A stretch of DNA of 32,000 nt from Pirellula staleyi DSM 6068. GTDB taxonomy: Bacteria > Planctomycetota > Planctomycetia > Pirellulales > Pirellulaceae. The notes below the pieces were generated by a model. That model saw nothing but the letters and a program-made list of their open reading frames with translations, did not search any database and had not been told where the DNA came from. Shown here one piece after another: positions 1 through 9,700 of the stretch; position 1 is the first letter of the stretch; each line of letters opens with the position of its first letter. Position numbers and translations under genes: made by a program. Location: contig CP001848.1 in the NCBI GenBank assembly GCA_000025185.1, positions 3,420,001 to 3,452,000 on the forward strand, in the 5' to 3' direction.

Positions 1-20
1 AGGACTCGCAGGGAAAAGAA

Positions 21-1280
21 TCAGCTCTCGCTTCGAAAAATAAATCGACCGCGATTGAGCAGATCTCCGGGGTCAAACTCCCGCTTGATGGCAGTCGAGA
101 TCGCGAGGACTGGCTGCGGAATGGCAAACACGCTGCGCTGCGTCATTTCACTCTGCGAAGGATTGGAGAGGACCACCAAACTGCCAACACTGGCAGCTAC
201 TTCCGCTTGGAGCCTCCCCACGACCGCGCGCGAAATCCCGCTGCTCGGAAACTCCGAGAATCGAAGCACCAGGATTCCACTTTGGGCATGCGAGACGACC
301 GAGACCTGCGGATCGACTTGTTCGGCCGACGCAATGATCGCCGTCACCACGCTAGGGCGGAGGCTGGCTTTAAGCACCAAGGGGGAACTTGTCGCTGCGG
401 GAAACTCGACCATGCGCGACACCAACGCTGCTGTGTCGTCGATCACTATCGAATCGCCTATGCCGGCCGAACGCCACTCACTTTGTAGCTGCGTGGTCAT
501 CCACTCCACTTCACGATTCGTTCCCTCCAGGAGTGCCGCAAGGGCGGTTTCGCAGCCGCGCGATTTAGCGAGCGGCGCGAGTGCGGGATCTTGAGCCCAC
601 GCCGGTCCACGCAGCAGTTCCACCGCCAAAGGACGCGACTTCGAATGCACCATCTTCGCGAGTAGATCGTCAGCGACCTCCAATGTTTTGGGGGAGCAAA
701 CCACCCACTTCGAGCATTCGGGAATCGGCTGCAATTTGAACGTGGCACTGGTGATCACGGCCAGTGTTCCGAGCGAACCGGTCAGCAGTTTGCAAAAGTC
801 GTAGCCTGCAACATTCTTCACAACACGCCCACCACCGTGGAACAATTTGCCATGCCCATCCACAGCGGCGATGCCAATCACATGATCGCGCAGCAGTCCA
901 CATCCGAGTCGACGTGGGCCATTAAAGTTCGTCGCCAGCACACCTCCTACGGTCGCCTCGGCAGCACTCGGTACGTCGACCGGAAGCCGCTGATTTTCCT
1001 GCGCAAGTGTCGTGACGAGCGTTTGCCATCTCAGCCCCGCTTCCACCGTGATGGTCATATCGCGCGCGGGATAGTCGATCACTTTCGACATGCCCGTTAG
1101 ATCCAAACCGATACCTCGATGCTTGGCCGGTAAACCAAAATCGAGGCTGGTTTGGCCACCCAGGGGATAGATCGGCGTGCGCGTCGCCAGCGCATCGCGC
1201 ACTACCCTCTGCACGTCACTCTCCAAGGTGGGAGCGGTGATGGTATCGAGCGGTAGGGGAGAGGTAGTAGTGCGAGTCAC
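21..1280 (-). CDS. glcE: FAD-binding (PCMH-type) oxidase subunit, glycolate-oxidase GlcE-like
   Basis: 419-aa ORF. Its first codon is GTG at 1280 with no obvious SD, so the start is uncertain. It has FAD_binding_4-type motifs 'IYPLGGQTSLDFG', 'ATVGGVLATNFNGPRRLGCGLLRDHVIG' and 'VVKNVAGYDFCKLLTGSLGTLAVITSATFKL'. It lies 83 nt downstream of the glcD-like gene on the same strand. Confidence 0.7.
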   Translation of the reverse strand: MTRTTTSPLPLDTITAPTLESDVQRVVRDALATRTPIYPLGGQTSLDFGLPAKHRGIGLDLTGMSKVIDYPARDMTITVEAGLRWQTLVTTLAQENQRLPVDVPSAAEATVGGVLATNFNGPRRLGCGLLRDHVIGIAAVDGHGKLFHGGGRVVKNVAGYDFCKLLTGSLGTLAVITSATFKLQPIPECSKWVVCSPKTLEVADDLLAKMVHSKSRPLAVELLRGPAWAQDPALAPLAKSRGCETALAALLEGTNREVEWMTTQLQSEWRSAGIGDSIVIDDTAALVSRMVEFPAATSSPLVLKASLRPSVVTAIIASAEQVDPQVSVVSHAQSGILVLRFSEFPSSGISRAVVGRLQAEVAASVGSLVVLSNPSQSEMTQRSVFAIPQPVLAISTAIKREFDPGDLLNRGRFIFRSES

Positions 1281-1363
1281 GGGAGAGGTTGCTCAGGTTC
1301 AAGGTGTCAGCAAGTCGGTGAAACGATCCGAGTGAGTTCGCTTAGCAGAATGTCTTGCGAGGT

Positions 1364-2803
1364 TCACATCGCGGCATGTCGTCCGGGATGCTTTTGCTCC
1401 ATCCCACAACCTCCGGCGGTCGGCAGCAGCTTTTGGGGACTTAGGTTCCCTCGTGGATTAAGGGCGACACGCAGCTGCGTCATCGCAGCGAGATCATCGG
1501 GGGTGAACATCTTGTCCATGAAGCCGATTTTCTCCACGCCGATACCATGTTCGCCCGTCACACTCCCCCCGAGGCGAAGGCACTCTTCGAGGATTTCATC
1601 GCTCGCCAGGAGCACACGTTTCACTTGCTCGGCGTTACGTTCGTCGAATAGCAAAATGGGATGCAAGTTGCCATCGCCCGCGTGAAATACGTTGACGATT
1701 TTCAGATCGTAGCGGGCACCGATCTCGCGAATTTTACGAAGCATTTGTGGCAATTTTGTGCGTGGCACCACACCATCTTGCGTGCAATAGCTCGGGCTCA
1801 ATCGGCCAATAGCGCCAAACGCTTGCTTGCGTGCTTTCCATAGTTTTTGTCGCTGGGCTGTATCACTTGCCAGACGGACTTCCCGCGCGCCGGAGGCTTT
1901 GCAAATCGACACAATCCGCTCTTGCTGCTCATCGAGCCCCGCTTCAATACCGTCGACTTCGATCAGCAGAATCGCTTCCGCATCGAGTGGAAATCCAAAG
2001 TGAAACGCATCTTCGAGGGCAGCGAGGATTCCCTGATCCATCATCTCGAGCGCCGCGGGAACGATCCCTGCGCCGATGATTTCACTAATCGCACTCGTCG
2101 CATCGTCGACTGATTCGAAAATGCCGAGCATCGTGCGATACCCTTGTGGATCGGGGGTAATGCGAACCCACACCTTGGTAACGATCGCGAGTGTCCCTTC
2201 GCTCCCCACCAGAGCACCGACGAGATCGAGCCCTGCTGGTTCTTCGGTCGGGCCACCCACCGTCACGATACTTCCGTCGGCCAGAACGCACTCAAGCCCC
2301 AGCACATGGTTCACTGTCACCCCATATTTCAGCGTGTGAGGGCCGCCGCTATTCGTGGCCACATTGCCACCGATGGTGCACGCTCCCTGACTCGATGGGT
2401 CGGGCGCGTAGTGAAAGCCAGAACCTTTGAGTTTGGCTGTGAGCCAGGCATTCACGACACCAGGTTCGACGATTGCAAAGCGATCGCGAAAGTTGATCTC
2501 GAGAATCTCTTTCATCCGCGTGAGGACGATCATCACCCCGCCGCCAACCGGCAGGCATCCGCCGGCAAGCGAAGTCCCAGCACCACGAGGCAAGAAGGGG
2601 ATGTCCATCGTGTTGCAGATTTTTACGATGGCCGAAATGTCCGTCGCATTCCGAGGAAAAACAACCACATCGGGACTGTTCTTCTCGATCACAAATCCGT
2701 CGCACTCGTACACCAGCAGATCGCAGCCCTGAGCCAGCACGCGCTCGCTGCCGACGATGTTTCGCAGCTGATCGACAAGCAGTTGTTTTTTGGCGATGAC
2801 CAT
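1364..2803 (-). CDS. glcD: FAD-linked 2-hydroxyacid oxidase/dehydrogenase, glycolate oxidase subunit GlcD family
   Basis: 479-aa ORF with ATG at 2803. Motifs 'FLPRGAGTSLAGG', 'GGNVATNSGGPHTLKYGVT' and 'GSVTGEHGIGVEKIGFM' are typical of the GlcD / D-lactate dehydrogenase FAD-oxidase family. Confidence 0.88.
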   Translation of the reverse strand: MVIAKKQLLVDQLRNIVGSERVLAQGCDLLVYECDGFVIEKNSPDVVVFPRNATDISAIVKICNTMDIPFLPRGAGTSLAGGCLPVGGGVMIVLTRMKEILEINFRDRFAIVEPGVVNAWLTAKLKGSGFHYAPDPSSQGACTIGGNVATNSGGPHTLKYGVTVNHVLGLECVLADGSIVTVGGPTEEPAGLDLVGALVGSEGTLAIVTKVWVRITPDPQGYRTMLGIFESVDDATSAISEIIGAGIVPAALEMMDQGILAALEDAFHFGFPLDAEAILLIEVDGIEAGLDEQQERIVSICKASGAREVRLASDTAQRQKLWKARKQAFGAIGRLSPSYCTQDGVVPRTKLPQMLRKIREIGARYDLKIVNVFHAGDGNLHPILLFDERNAEQVKRVLLASDEILEECLRLGGSVTGEHGIGVEKIGFMDKMFTPDDLAAMTQLRVALNPRGNLSPQKLLPTAGGCGMEQKHPGRHAAM

Positions 2804-2959
2804 GAGAGATGCTGGAGAGCTGGTCGGTTAGTTAGGTAAGAAAAGGTGCGAGCGGGCTGGAGAGCCCGACGCACGGGTCCTGATTATAGATCGAAGCGAG
2901 CACGCTTCCAGCCGACGAGTGTCGTGATCTTCCCAGCGGAAGAGCGTGGCGCGAACCGG

Positions 2960-4195
2960 TTAGTCTGTTTTTTCCAGTTCATCCACCACTTGCTGTCCGA
3001 TTTGCAGCGCTGCAGTTGCGGCGGGGGAGGGGGCATTCAGTACATGCACCATCCGTCCCGATCGCTGAATCACAAAGTCATCGACAATCATTCCATCGGG
3101 CGCGACAGCCTGCGCTCGCACTCCTGCCGGGGCAACGTGCAGGTGCTGCTCGCGAATTTCTGGGACGAGTCGCGATAGAGCCCGAACAAACGCACGTTTG
3201 CTGAGTGAACGCCAGAATTCTCCGGCACCCATGCGCCAGTGCTTCGTTGCAAGCCGAAGAAACCCGCCGTACGTGAGTGTTTCAGCAAGATCCGCGAGGT
3301 TGATGTCGAGCATCCTGTACCCTTCGCGCGCGAAGGCCAGCACGGCGTTGGGGCCACACTCCACTCCCCCTTGAATCATCCGCGTGAAGTGCACTCCCAG
3401 GAACGGAAACGAGGGATCGGGCACCGGATAAATCAGCCCCTTCACTAAATGTTCGGCAGCTGGGGTGAGCTCGAAGTATTCGCCACGAAAAGGGACAATT
3501 TTGGCCGATGGTTTCTCACCAGCAGCTCGCGCGATACGGTCACTCTGCAGCCCGGCACAGCCGACCAGTTTCTGGGAACGAAAATCACCCGCTGTCGACT
3601 GGACAGTCACTTCGCCAGCAGAGGTGCGAATATCGGTGACTTGAGCACGCAAAATTACGTCGCCACCCCGCTGCTTAATCAGGGTGGTCAATTTCTCGCA
3701 AACGCCGCGATAATCCACAATTCCGGTCTCGGGAACATGAATCGCAGCGACTCCCGCAACGTGCGGCTCGATCTCGCGGAGCCTAGCGGCGGTGATCATT
3801 TCGCAGCGAACACCGTTTTGCGTTCCACGCTCGAGAATTTTTGCCAGCCGAGGGCGTTCTTCGTCACTGGTGGCGACAATCACTTTGCCGCAAATTTCGT
3901 AAGCCACGCCATGCTCGGCACAGAAGGTTTCGAGCAGCCGCTTTCCGATGCGGCAGTTCGTTGCCTTCAGTGAACCCGGCTTGTAGTAGATCCCCGAGTG
4001 GATCACGCCTGAATTGCGGCCGGTTTGATGAAAGGCCACCGACGCTTCTTTTTCCAGAACGATCACACGCTTATCGGGATGACGATTCTGTAACTGCCAG
4101 GCAGTTGCTAGTCCCACAATGCCGCCACCAACGACGACTACATCGCAGCGGCTGACGCTCGAGGAATGTACGGATGACACCGGGTGACTCGTCAT
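2960..4195 (-). CDS. lhgO: L-2-hydroxyglutarate oxidase/dehydrogenase (FAD-dependent)
   Basis: Rossmann motif 'DVVVVGGGIVGLATA'. It appears collinear with my recollection of E. coli LhgO in the blocks 'HQTGRNSGVIHSGIYYKPGSLKA', 'PFRGEYFELTP', 'LIYPVPDPSFPFLGVHFTRMIQGGVECGPNAVLAFAREGYR', 'PAGVRAQAVAPDGMIVDDF' and 'HVLNAPSPAATAAL'. I chose the ATG at 4195 (M29 of the 439-aa ORF) because it sits just before the dinucleotide-binding fold. The longer ORF extends to 4279. Confidence 0.9.
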   Translation of the reverse strand: MTSHPVSSVHSSSVSRCDVVVVGGGIVGLATAWQLQNRHPDKRVIVLEKEASVAFHQTGRNSGVIHSGIYYKPGSLKATNCRIGKRLLETFCAEHGVAYEICGKVIVATSDEERPRLAKILERGTQNGVRCEMITAARLREIEPHVAGVAAIHVPETGIVDYRGVCEKLTTLIKQRGGDVILRAQVTDIRTSAGEVTVQSTAGDFRSQKLVGCAGLQSDRIARAAGEKPSAKIVPFRGEYFELTPAAEHLVKGLIYPVPDPSFPFLGVHFTRMIQGGVECGPNAVLAFAREGYRMLDINLADLAETLTYGGFLRLATKHWRMGAGEFWRSLSKRAFVRALSRLVPEIREQHLHVAPAGVRAQAVAPDGMIVDDFVIQRSGRMVHVLNAPSPAATAALQIGQQVVDELEKTD

Positions 4196-4461
4196 GGTTG
4201 GCAAAGAAGCGAGGCTGAAATTGCGTCGCACTGAGGTGGCGAAACGATGCCGTATTGTAGTCTCACGCACTATGGACACGCGATTTCATCGCTAGCAGAA
4301 AGCGCAAGTCGCTATCTGACAAGGTGTTGCATGGCAGCAAAGTCGCTCTGGTACGACAAGCAGGGGGGCAGTACACTCCCGAGCCAATTCTATTCAGCAT
4401 CGGCACTCCAGAACGGAGTGCGATCGAGCCAACTTTGGGGCTCAGGAGTTGAATCCACGTA

Positions 4462-5478
4462 GTGGTCGGTCCTTCGATGAGTTCAGACAGTCTCCAGCAA
4501 CAACAGCCGGTTCATCCAGCGCAAAGACGCACAACTCTTCTGCTGCGCTGGTCTACTTGGATCATCGTCGGATGTCTGGTCGCATTGACTCCAGCCTCAG
4601 TACAGGGGCAGTATGCCGCCGGAGATCCCGAAGTCCTTGGTGGAGAACTCGCCGGACCGGGCGAATATCTCGATCTCGACTGGTATCTCGCTCAAGGGGG
4701 CGAACTGGGGCCCTCCGAACCATGGTCGCTGCAGTTGCTGCCCGAGGGAATCATCTACAAACCGTATCTCGCGAGCACGAAAGAGTCGCGACTTGCGGCA
4801 ACGATTGTCAGCACGACCAAGCAAGGGACCAATTGGGATGCAACTCTCGGTGGTCGAATCGGGCTCGCGAGGCTCGGAACCGAAAACGAAGTTCTGCCGG
4901 AAGGTTGGCAGCTGGATGTGGAAGGTTCTGCACAAGTTCGCTTAAATCTCTCCGAAAATGTAGATGTGCAGAGCGTCGATTTTCGGGCAGGTTTGCCACT
5001 GACCTACGGGGTCGGACCGCACCGGATGAAGTTTGCTTACTACCACCTGAGCGCTCACATCGGCGATGAGTATCTGTTTGCTAACCCCGGCACGCCGCGA
5101 CAGAATTTTGCACGTGATGCCCTCGTACTTGGCTACGCACGTTATTTTTCGCCAGAGTTTCGCGCTTATGGCGAAATGGGCTGGGCGTTTTACTCCATCG
5201 AGAGCGAACCGTGGGAGTTCCAGTTCGGCGTCGATTATTCCCCATCGATGGCAACCGGATTTCAGGGGAGTCCCTTCTTTGGCGTGAATGGGCACCTGCG
5301 ACAAGAACTCGACTACAGCGGCACGCTTTCCGTGCAAGCAGGCTGGGCTTGGCGTGGGGATGAGACTGGGCATCTGCTGCGAGCCGGACTTCAGTATTAC
5401 AACGGTGCCAGTAGCCAGTTTGCGTTCTATCGCCGCTTTGAAGAGCAAATTGGCTTTGGCCTCTGGTATGACTATTAA
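4462..5478 (+). CDS. Secreted DUF1207-like putative outer-membrane beta-barrel protein
   Basis: 338-aa ORF. A GTG at 4462 lies 13 nt after the SD-like AGGAG at 4444-4448. An alternative ATG is at 4477. The signal peptide is 'LLLRWSTWIIVGCLVALTPASVQG'. The motif 'YYHLSAHIGDEYL' and the aromatic C-terminus 'GFGLWYDY' recall the DUF1207 family. This family assignment is from memory and was not searched. Confidence 0.6.
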   Translation: MVGPSMSSDSLQQQQPVHPAQRRTTLLLRWSTWIIVGCLVALTPASVQGQYAAGDPEVLGGELAGPGEYLDLDWYLAQGGELGPSEPWSLQLLPEGIIYKPYLASTKESRLAATIVSTTKQGTNWDATLGGRIGLARLGTENEVLPEGWQLDVEGSAQVRLNLSENVDVQSVDFRAGLPLTYGVGPHRMKFAYYHLSAHIGDEYLFANPGTPRQNFARDALVLGYARYFSPEFRAYGEMGWAFYSIESEPWEFQFGVDYSPSMATGFQGSPFFGVNGHLRQELDYSGTLSVQAGWAWRGDETGHLLRAGLQYYNGASSQFAFYRRFEEQIGFGLWYDY

Positions 5479-5539
5479 ATCGAGCGGAAACCGCTGATGC
5501 ACCCGGCGATTGCGCGGGTCGGTCGTCAAAAGCAGCTAG

Positions 5540-6610
5540 ATGGCGTACGATTCTACTACTATGAATCTGCCATCTAGTTCGTCTCTCAAGTATCTCCTGA
5601 CGATCGAAACGACGTGCGACGAAACCGCAGCGGCGGTGATCACCGATGGGCTCGAGGTGAGAAGTTCAGTGGTCTCATCGCAGGCCAAATTGCACGAGAA
5701 GTTTGCCGGAGTGGTTCCGGAAATTGCAGCTCGCGCTCATCTCGAGAGCATCTTGCCGGTGCTCGATGAAACGGTGAAGTCGGCCGGCATTTCGCTCGCG
5801 CAGATTGATGCCATTGCTGTCGCGACTACACCGGGACTTGCAGGATCGCTTTTGGTCGGGCTGATCGCGGCCAAGACCTTGGCAGTCGTGCTCCGCAAGC
5901 CACTCCTGGCGGTGAATCATCTGCATGCTCATATCTACGCTTGCCAAATGTCGGCCGGACGCAACGTGTTTCCATGCGTCGGGCTAATTGTGAGCGGTGG
6001 ACATACGAGCCTCTATCGATGTGCGGGGCCGAGTGAGTTCGAATTTCTCGGCGGCACGATCGATGATGCTGCGGGCGAAGCGTTCGACAAAGTAGCGGCG
6101 ATGCTCGGGCTTTCGTATCCCGGTGGGCCGAGTATTTCGGCGGCTGCTCTTACCGGGAATCCCAAGGCCTACACCTTTCCGCGAGGACTCGCGGGGAAAC
6201 AGCGTCCCTTTGATTTCAGCTTCAGCGGACTGAAGACAGCTGTTCGTTATGCCATTTGCGGACCTGGAAAGCCCCTGGAATCGGCAGCTCCGCTTACGCC
6301 ACAGCAGGTGGCTGATTTAGCCGCGAGCTTCCAAGCAGCGGTGGTGGATAGCATCGCCGACAAAACAATGCGAGCGCTCCGTGAAACGAGACTCCGGCAA
6401 CTCTGCGTGGGTGGTGGCGTGGCGGCTAACGCGGCACTTCGCGAGCGGCTGAAGCGAGAGACTTCGAAGATCGGAGTGGCGCTCGAGATTGCACCGCTGG
6501 AGATGTGCACCGACAACGCCATCATGGGAGCGATTGCTTGGGAGCGTTATCACGCAGGTAAGTTCGAAACCCTCGAGCTCGATATCACGCCAGGGCTCGT
6601 GCGAGGTTAG
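5540..6610 (+). CDS. tsaD: tRNA N6-adenosine threonylcarbamoyltransferase TsaD (Kae1/Gcp family)
   Basis: 356-aa ORF with ATG at 5540. Hallmarks are 'LLTIETTCDETAAAVI', 'AVNHLHAHIY', 'LIVSGGHTSLY', 'GEAFDKVAAMLGLSYPGGP' and 'LCVGGGVAANAALRERL'. Confidence 0.95.
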   Translation: MAYDSTTMNLPSSSSLKYLLTIETTCDETAAAVITDGLEVRSSVVSSQAKLHEKFAGVVPEIAARAHLESILPVLDETVKSAGISLAQIDAIAVATTPGLAGSLLVGLIAAKTLAVVLRKPLLAVNHLHAHIYACQMSAGRNVFPCVGLIVSGGHTSLYRCAGPSEFEFLGGTIDDAAGEAFDKVAAMLGLSYPGGPSISAAALTGNPKAYTFPRGLAGKQRPFDFSFSGLKTAVRYAICGPGKPLESAAPLTPQQVADLAASFQAAVVDSIADKTMRALRETRLRQLCVGGGVAANAALRERLKRETSKIGVALEIAPLEMCTDNAIMGAIAWERYHAGKFETLELDITPGLVRG

Positions 6611-6667
6611 CAGCGGTTGTTGAATCAGCTCGGCTAATCAGGCTCTCTTGCCCGTCCGTGTCAAGAC

Positions 6668-6715
6668 AACGAAAAAGGGCTCTACCGCTGAACGGTAGAG
6701 CCCTTCGTTTTGCTT
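6668..6715. terminator. Bidirectional intrinsic terminator between convergent tsaD and the 1358-aa gene
   Basis: A perfect 13-bp stem joins AAGGGCTCTACCG (6674-6686) and CGGTAGAGCCCTT (6692-6704) around the 5-nt loop CTGAA. On the + strand it is followed by CGTTTTGCTTT. An A-run at 6670-6675 gives a U-tract on the - strand. Confidence 0.75.
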
Positions 6716-6750
6716 TAAACAAACGGTTCAGGCTGAGCTGTGATGCTGGC

Positions 6751-9700
6751 TTAGAAGCCGACGCCACCGCCACCGAATCCGTTGCCGCCACCAGCGTTGC
6801 CCTGGTCTTGCGTTTCGGAGTCACCCGTGACGTAGTTGAAGGTCGAGACTTCGGTGACTTGCGAGAAGGTTGGCGAAGGCGAAACGCGGACGTAGCGACG
6901 GTCGGCCGAGATCACCGCGTTGCTGTTGAAGTTAGCACCTTCAGGGAGCGAGATGATCACAGGACGGTAGCCAACGCCACCACGACGGAAGGCACGCAGG
7001 CCAAGTCGTTCGGCCAAGGCGACCGATTCAGCGAATTCGCGAGCTGCTTGCGAATCGTCGAGGCTTGATAGCTGCTGAGCGAGAATAGCTCGGTTCACAG
7101 CATTCTGCACCTTGGCGATGTTCTGCACTTGTGCTTCTGCGAGTGGTTCGTTGCGGCGGCCTTCTTTCACATCGAACACCACGAGAGCGTTCTTCTCGCC
7201 GAGATCGATTTGCTTGCGCATCCGCTTCTGTTCGTCAGTACCATACTTGGTGTAGATATCGACGGTGACTTTGCCACCCGTTGGGCGACCGTAGATGCCG
7301 CGAATCATCACGCGATACTCGCCACTGAAGCCTTCACTGCAAACGTAAACTTCTTTCTTCTCACTCGAAGCGAGGGGATCGTTGGCATTGGTAGTGCTGT
7401 CGCCAATGAGGACGCCACCGCTGGTGGAACGTGGGTTGGTGAGCGAGCAAACCGTTCCGGCTGGCTCTTCGACGCTGATGTCGACATCAGCATCGCCACC
7501 GTAGGAGACGACAACCACGCAGTCGCGTGAGTTGGCTTGACGAACGGCAAGGTCGAAAGCTTTCGCTTCTTCAACCTTCTTTTCACGAAGCAGCTGTTCG
7601 TAGGTGGCTTTACCCACGCGATAAGCGTTTTCGCTAACCGCTGTGAGTTCCTTGGGCCAAGCATGGCTCAGAATTCCCACGCAGGCCCATTTAATCGCGT
7701 CGCGGTCGTTCACCCGCTGAGCGAGTGCGAGGCCTTGAACAAAAGCTTCCGAGCGACTGGGGTTCACGTTTCCAACCTGACGGAAGACCTGAAGAGCACG
7801 GGCGTGCAGGCCAGCCTTCGACAAGTATGCGGCGACGAAGAGCATTTGTTCTTCGGTTTCCGCAAAGTCGACAGCCGACATCAGAGCACGCTCGATTTCA
7901 TCCGGGGATGCTTGAGCAGCTTGGAGCGAGAGCCCGAGAGCTTCGTACATCCACGATTCGGTCATGCCATGACGCATGGCCCCATGCAGGAGGTGCGAAA
8001 CTTCTTCGTACTTCTTTTCGTGCATGAGCACGCGAACGGTTTCGCGTACATCGCCACGAAGCGTGAACGAGCGTTTGTCGTCGTCGGGCGTGGCAGCGAG
8101 CGAGCTCTTCTGCGAGGCAAAAAAGCTGTCCCAAGCTTCAGCAGTGGTGCGACCAGCAGGAACTGTCACAGTGATCCGCTTGGCAGCGGAAGCACTGGTG
8201 GCAGCCGATTCTGGGCGACGGACCGCCGTGGGAACTTCGGCAGCTTGTGCAGTTGGACGAGCCACTTTCGCGGCGGGTGGGTTAACAGGAGCGGCAGGTG
8301 CAGGGCTCTTGGTGCCGAGCGAAAGGTCGTCTTCGACAGCGAAGATACCACCACCACCACCGCCACCGAAGCCACCACCACCGCCACCGAATCCGCCACC
8401 ACCACCACCAAGACCACCACCGAAGCCACCTTGGCCACCACCACCACCGTTAATACCACCTTGGCCACCGAGACCGAACAGGTTGGTGTTGATGCCGATG
8501 GGGAGCACAAGATCGCCCACTGGATACACCTTGGTGATCAGCTGGCTTTCAGCATCTTCGGGGGTCGTGATCTGAAGCACTTCGTCGCGAACGACGTAGG
8601 TGAGTTCGAGTTCCGAAAGGAGCAGACGGAGGGTCGAGCGAAGCGAAATACCACTGAGGGTTTTCGTGATCGGGGTATCGACACTGGCACCAGCTTCTTC
8701 GAGCTTCTTGGTCATCAGCACGATCGGAATGCCGTGCACTTCTTGGAGGAAGGAGATCACGTCGCTGAGAGGCGTTTCGACGAAGTCGAGCGAGGCATCG
8801 CCGTTGAGAGCCTTGAAAATTCGTTCTTCCGATCCACCTGGCTTGGCAAGGTCGACCTGAGCGTATTTCTTACGGCTGATCGTGATTTGTTCCCACTTCT
8901 CGGCCGAAGGATAGACGATTGGTGGTTCATCGGGGAATGGAACCGTCGAGAGCTCGACTTGATACATGGCATCGACGAAGCCACGATCACGCTTGGCAGC
9001 GAGTTCGAACATCCGATGACCGTGAATCTGGAAGCGACCACCGTAGGTGGCCGATGCCGAGAGAGCAGTATCGGGAGCCAAGTTGGTGATTTCTGGAATG
9101 ACTTCGATGTCGGCAATGTCGTAGCGACGCTCGTCCATCAGGGCATCGAAGCGATCCATGATCTGCTTGATCCGCTGTTCTTTCAGCACGAGTTCGCGAT
9201 TCAGACGTTCGCGTTCGAGAGCCGAGGCACGTTGCGATTCAGCTTGTGCTTTGCGTTCGATGAAATCGATGCCGACTCGCTTCGATTCGCGGATGGCCGA
9301 TTCGAGTTGATCGCGGAGTTGCTTGCGGGTCGAAGCGTCGATGTCTGCTGCTTCTTCAATACGTTGCAGAGCCACTTTAAGCGTTTGCTCGGAACCTTCA
9401 GGGTTGTCCCCCATGGTGTCGCGAGCTTCACGCAAGATGTTTTCAACTTCGGCTTTGAGCCGGCCAGCACGCACAGCACGATCGGTTTCGACGGTGCGAA
9501 TAAAACCATCGCCAGCGCCTTCAGCAAGGACTTCGTCGAGCAAGGTACCGGCAGCGGCACCATCGTCGGCTTTGGTCAGAGTGAGGTCGTCTTCAGCGGC
9601 GACTGGACGAACAGGGGAAGTAGCGGCTTTGGCTTTCTTCGCAGCTTCGATCAAAGCCTTAGCAGCAGGATTTCCTGGATCAGCGACCAGGGCAGCTTCA

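Noticed and set aside
4942-5529. 195-aa - strand ORF opposite the DUF1207-like gene.
   Set aside because: It is an antisense shadow ORF. The + strand ORF has a signal peptide, a family motif and an SD.
7976-8575. 199-aa ORF encoding a long poly-proline run ('PPPPPPPKPPPPPPNPPPPPP...').
   Set aside because: It is an alternative-frame reading of the CCA/CCG low-complexity repeat that encodes the Gly tract on the opposite strand. It is not an independent gene.
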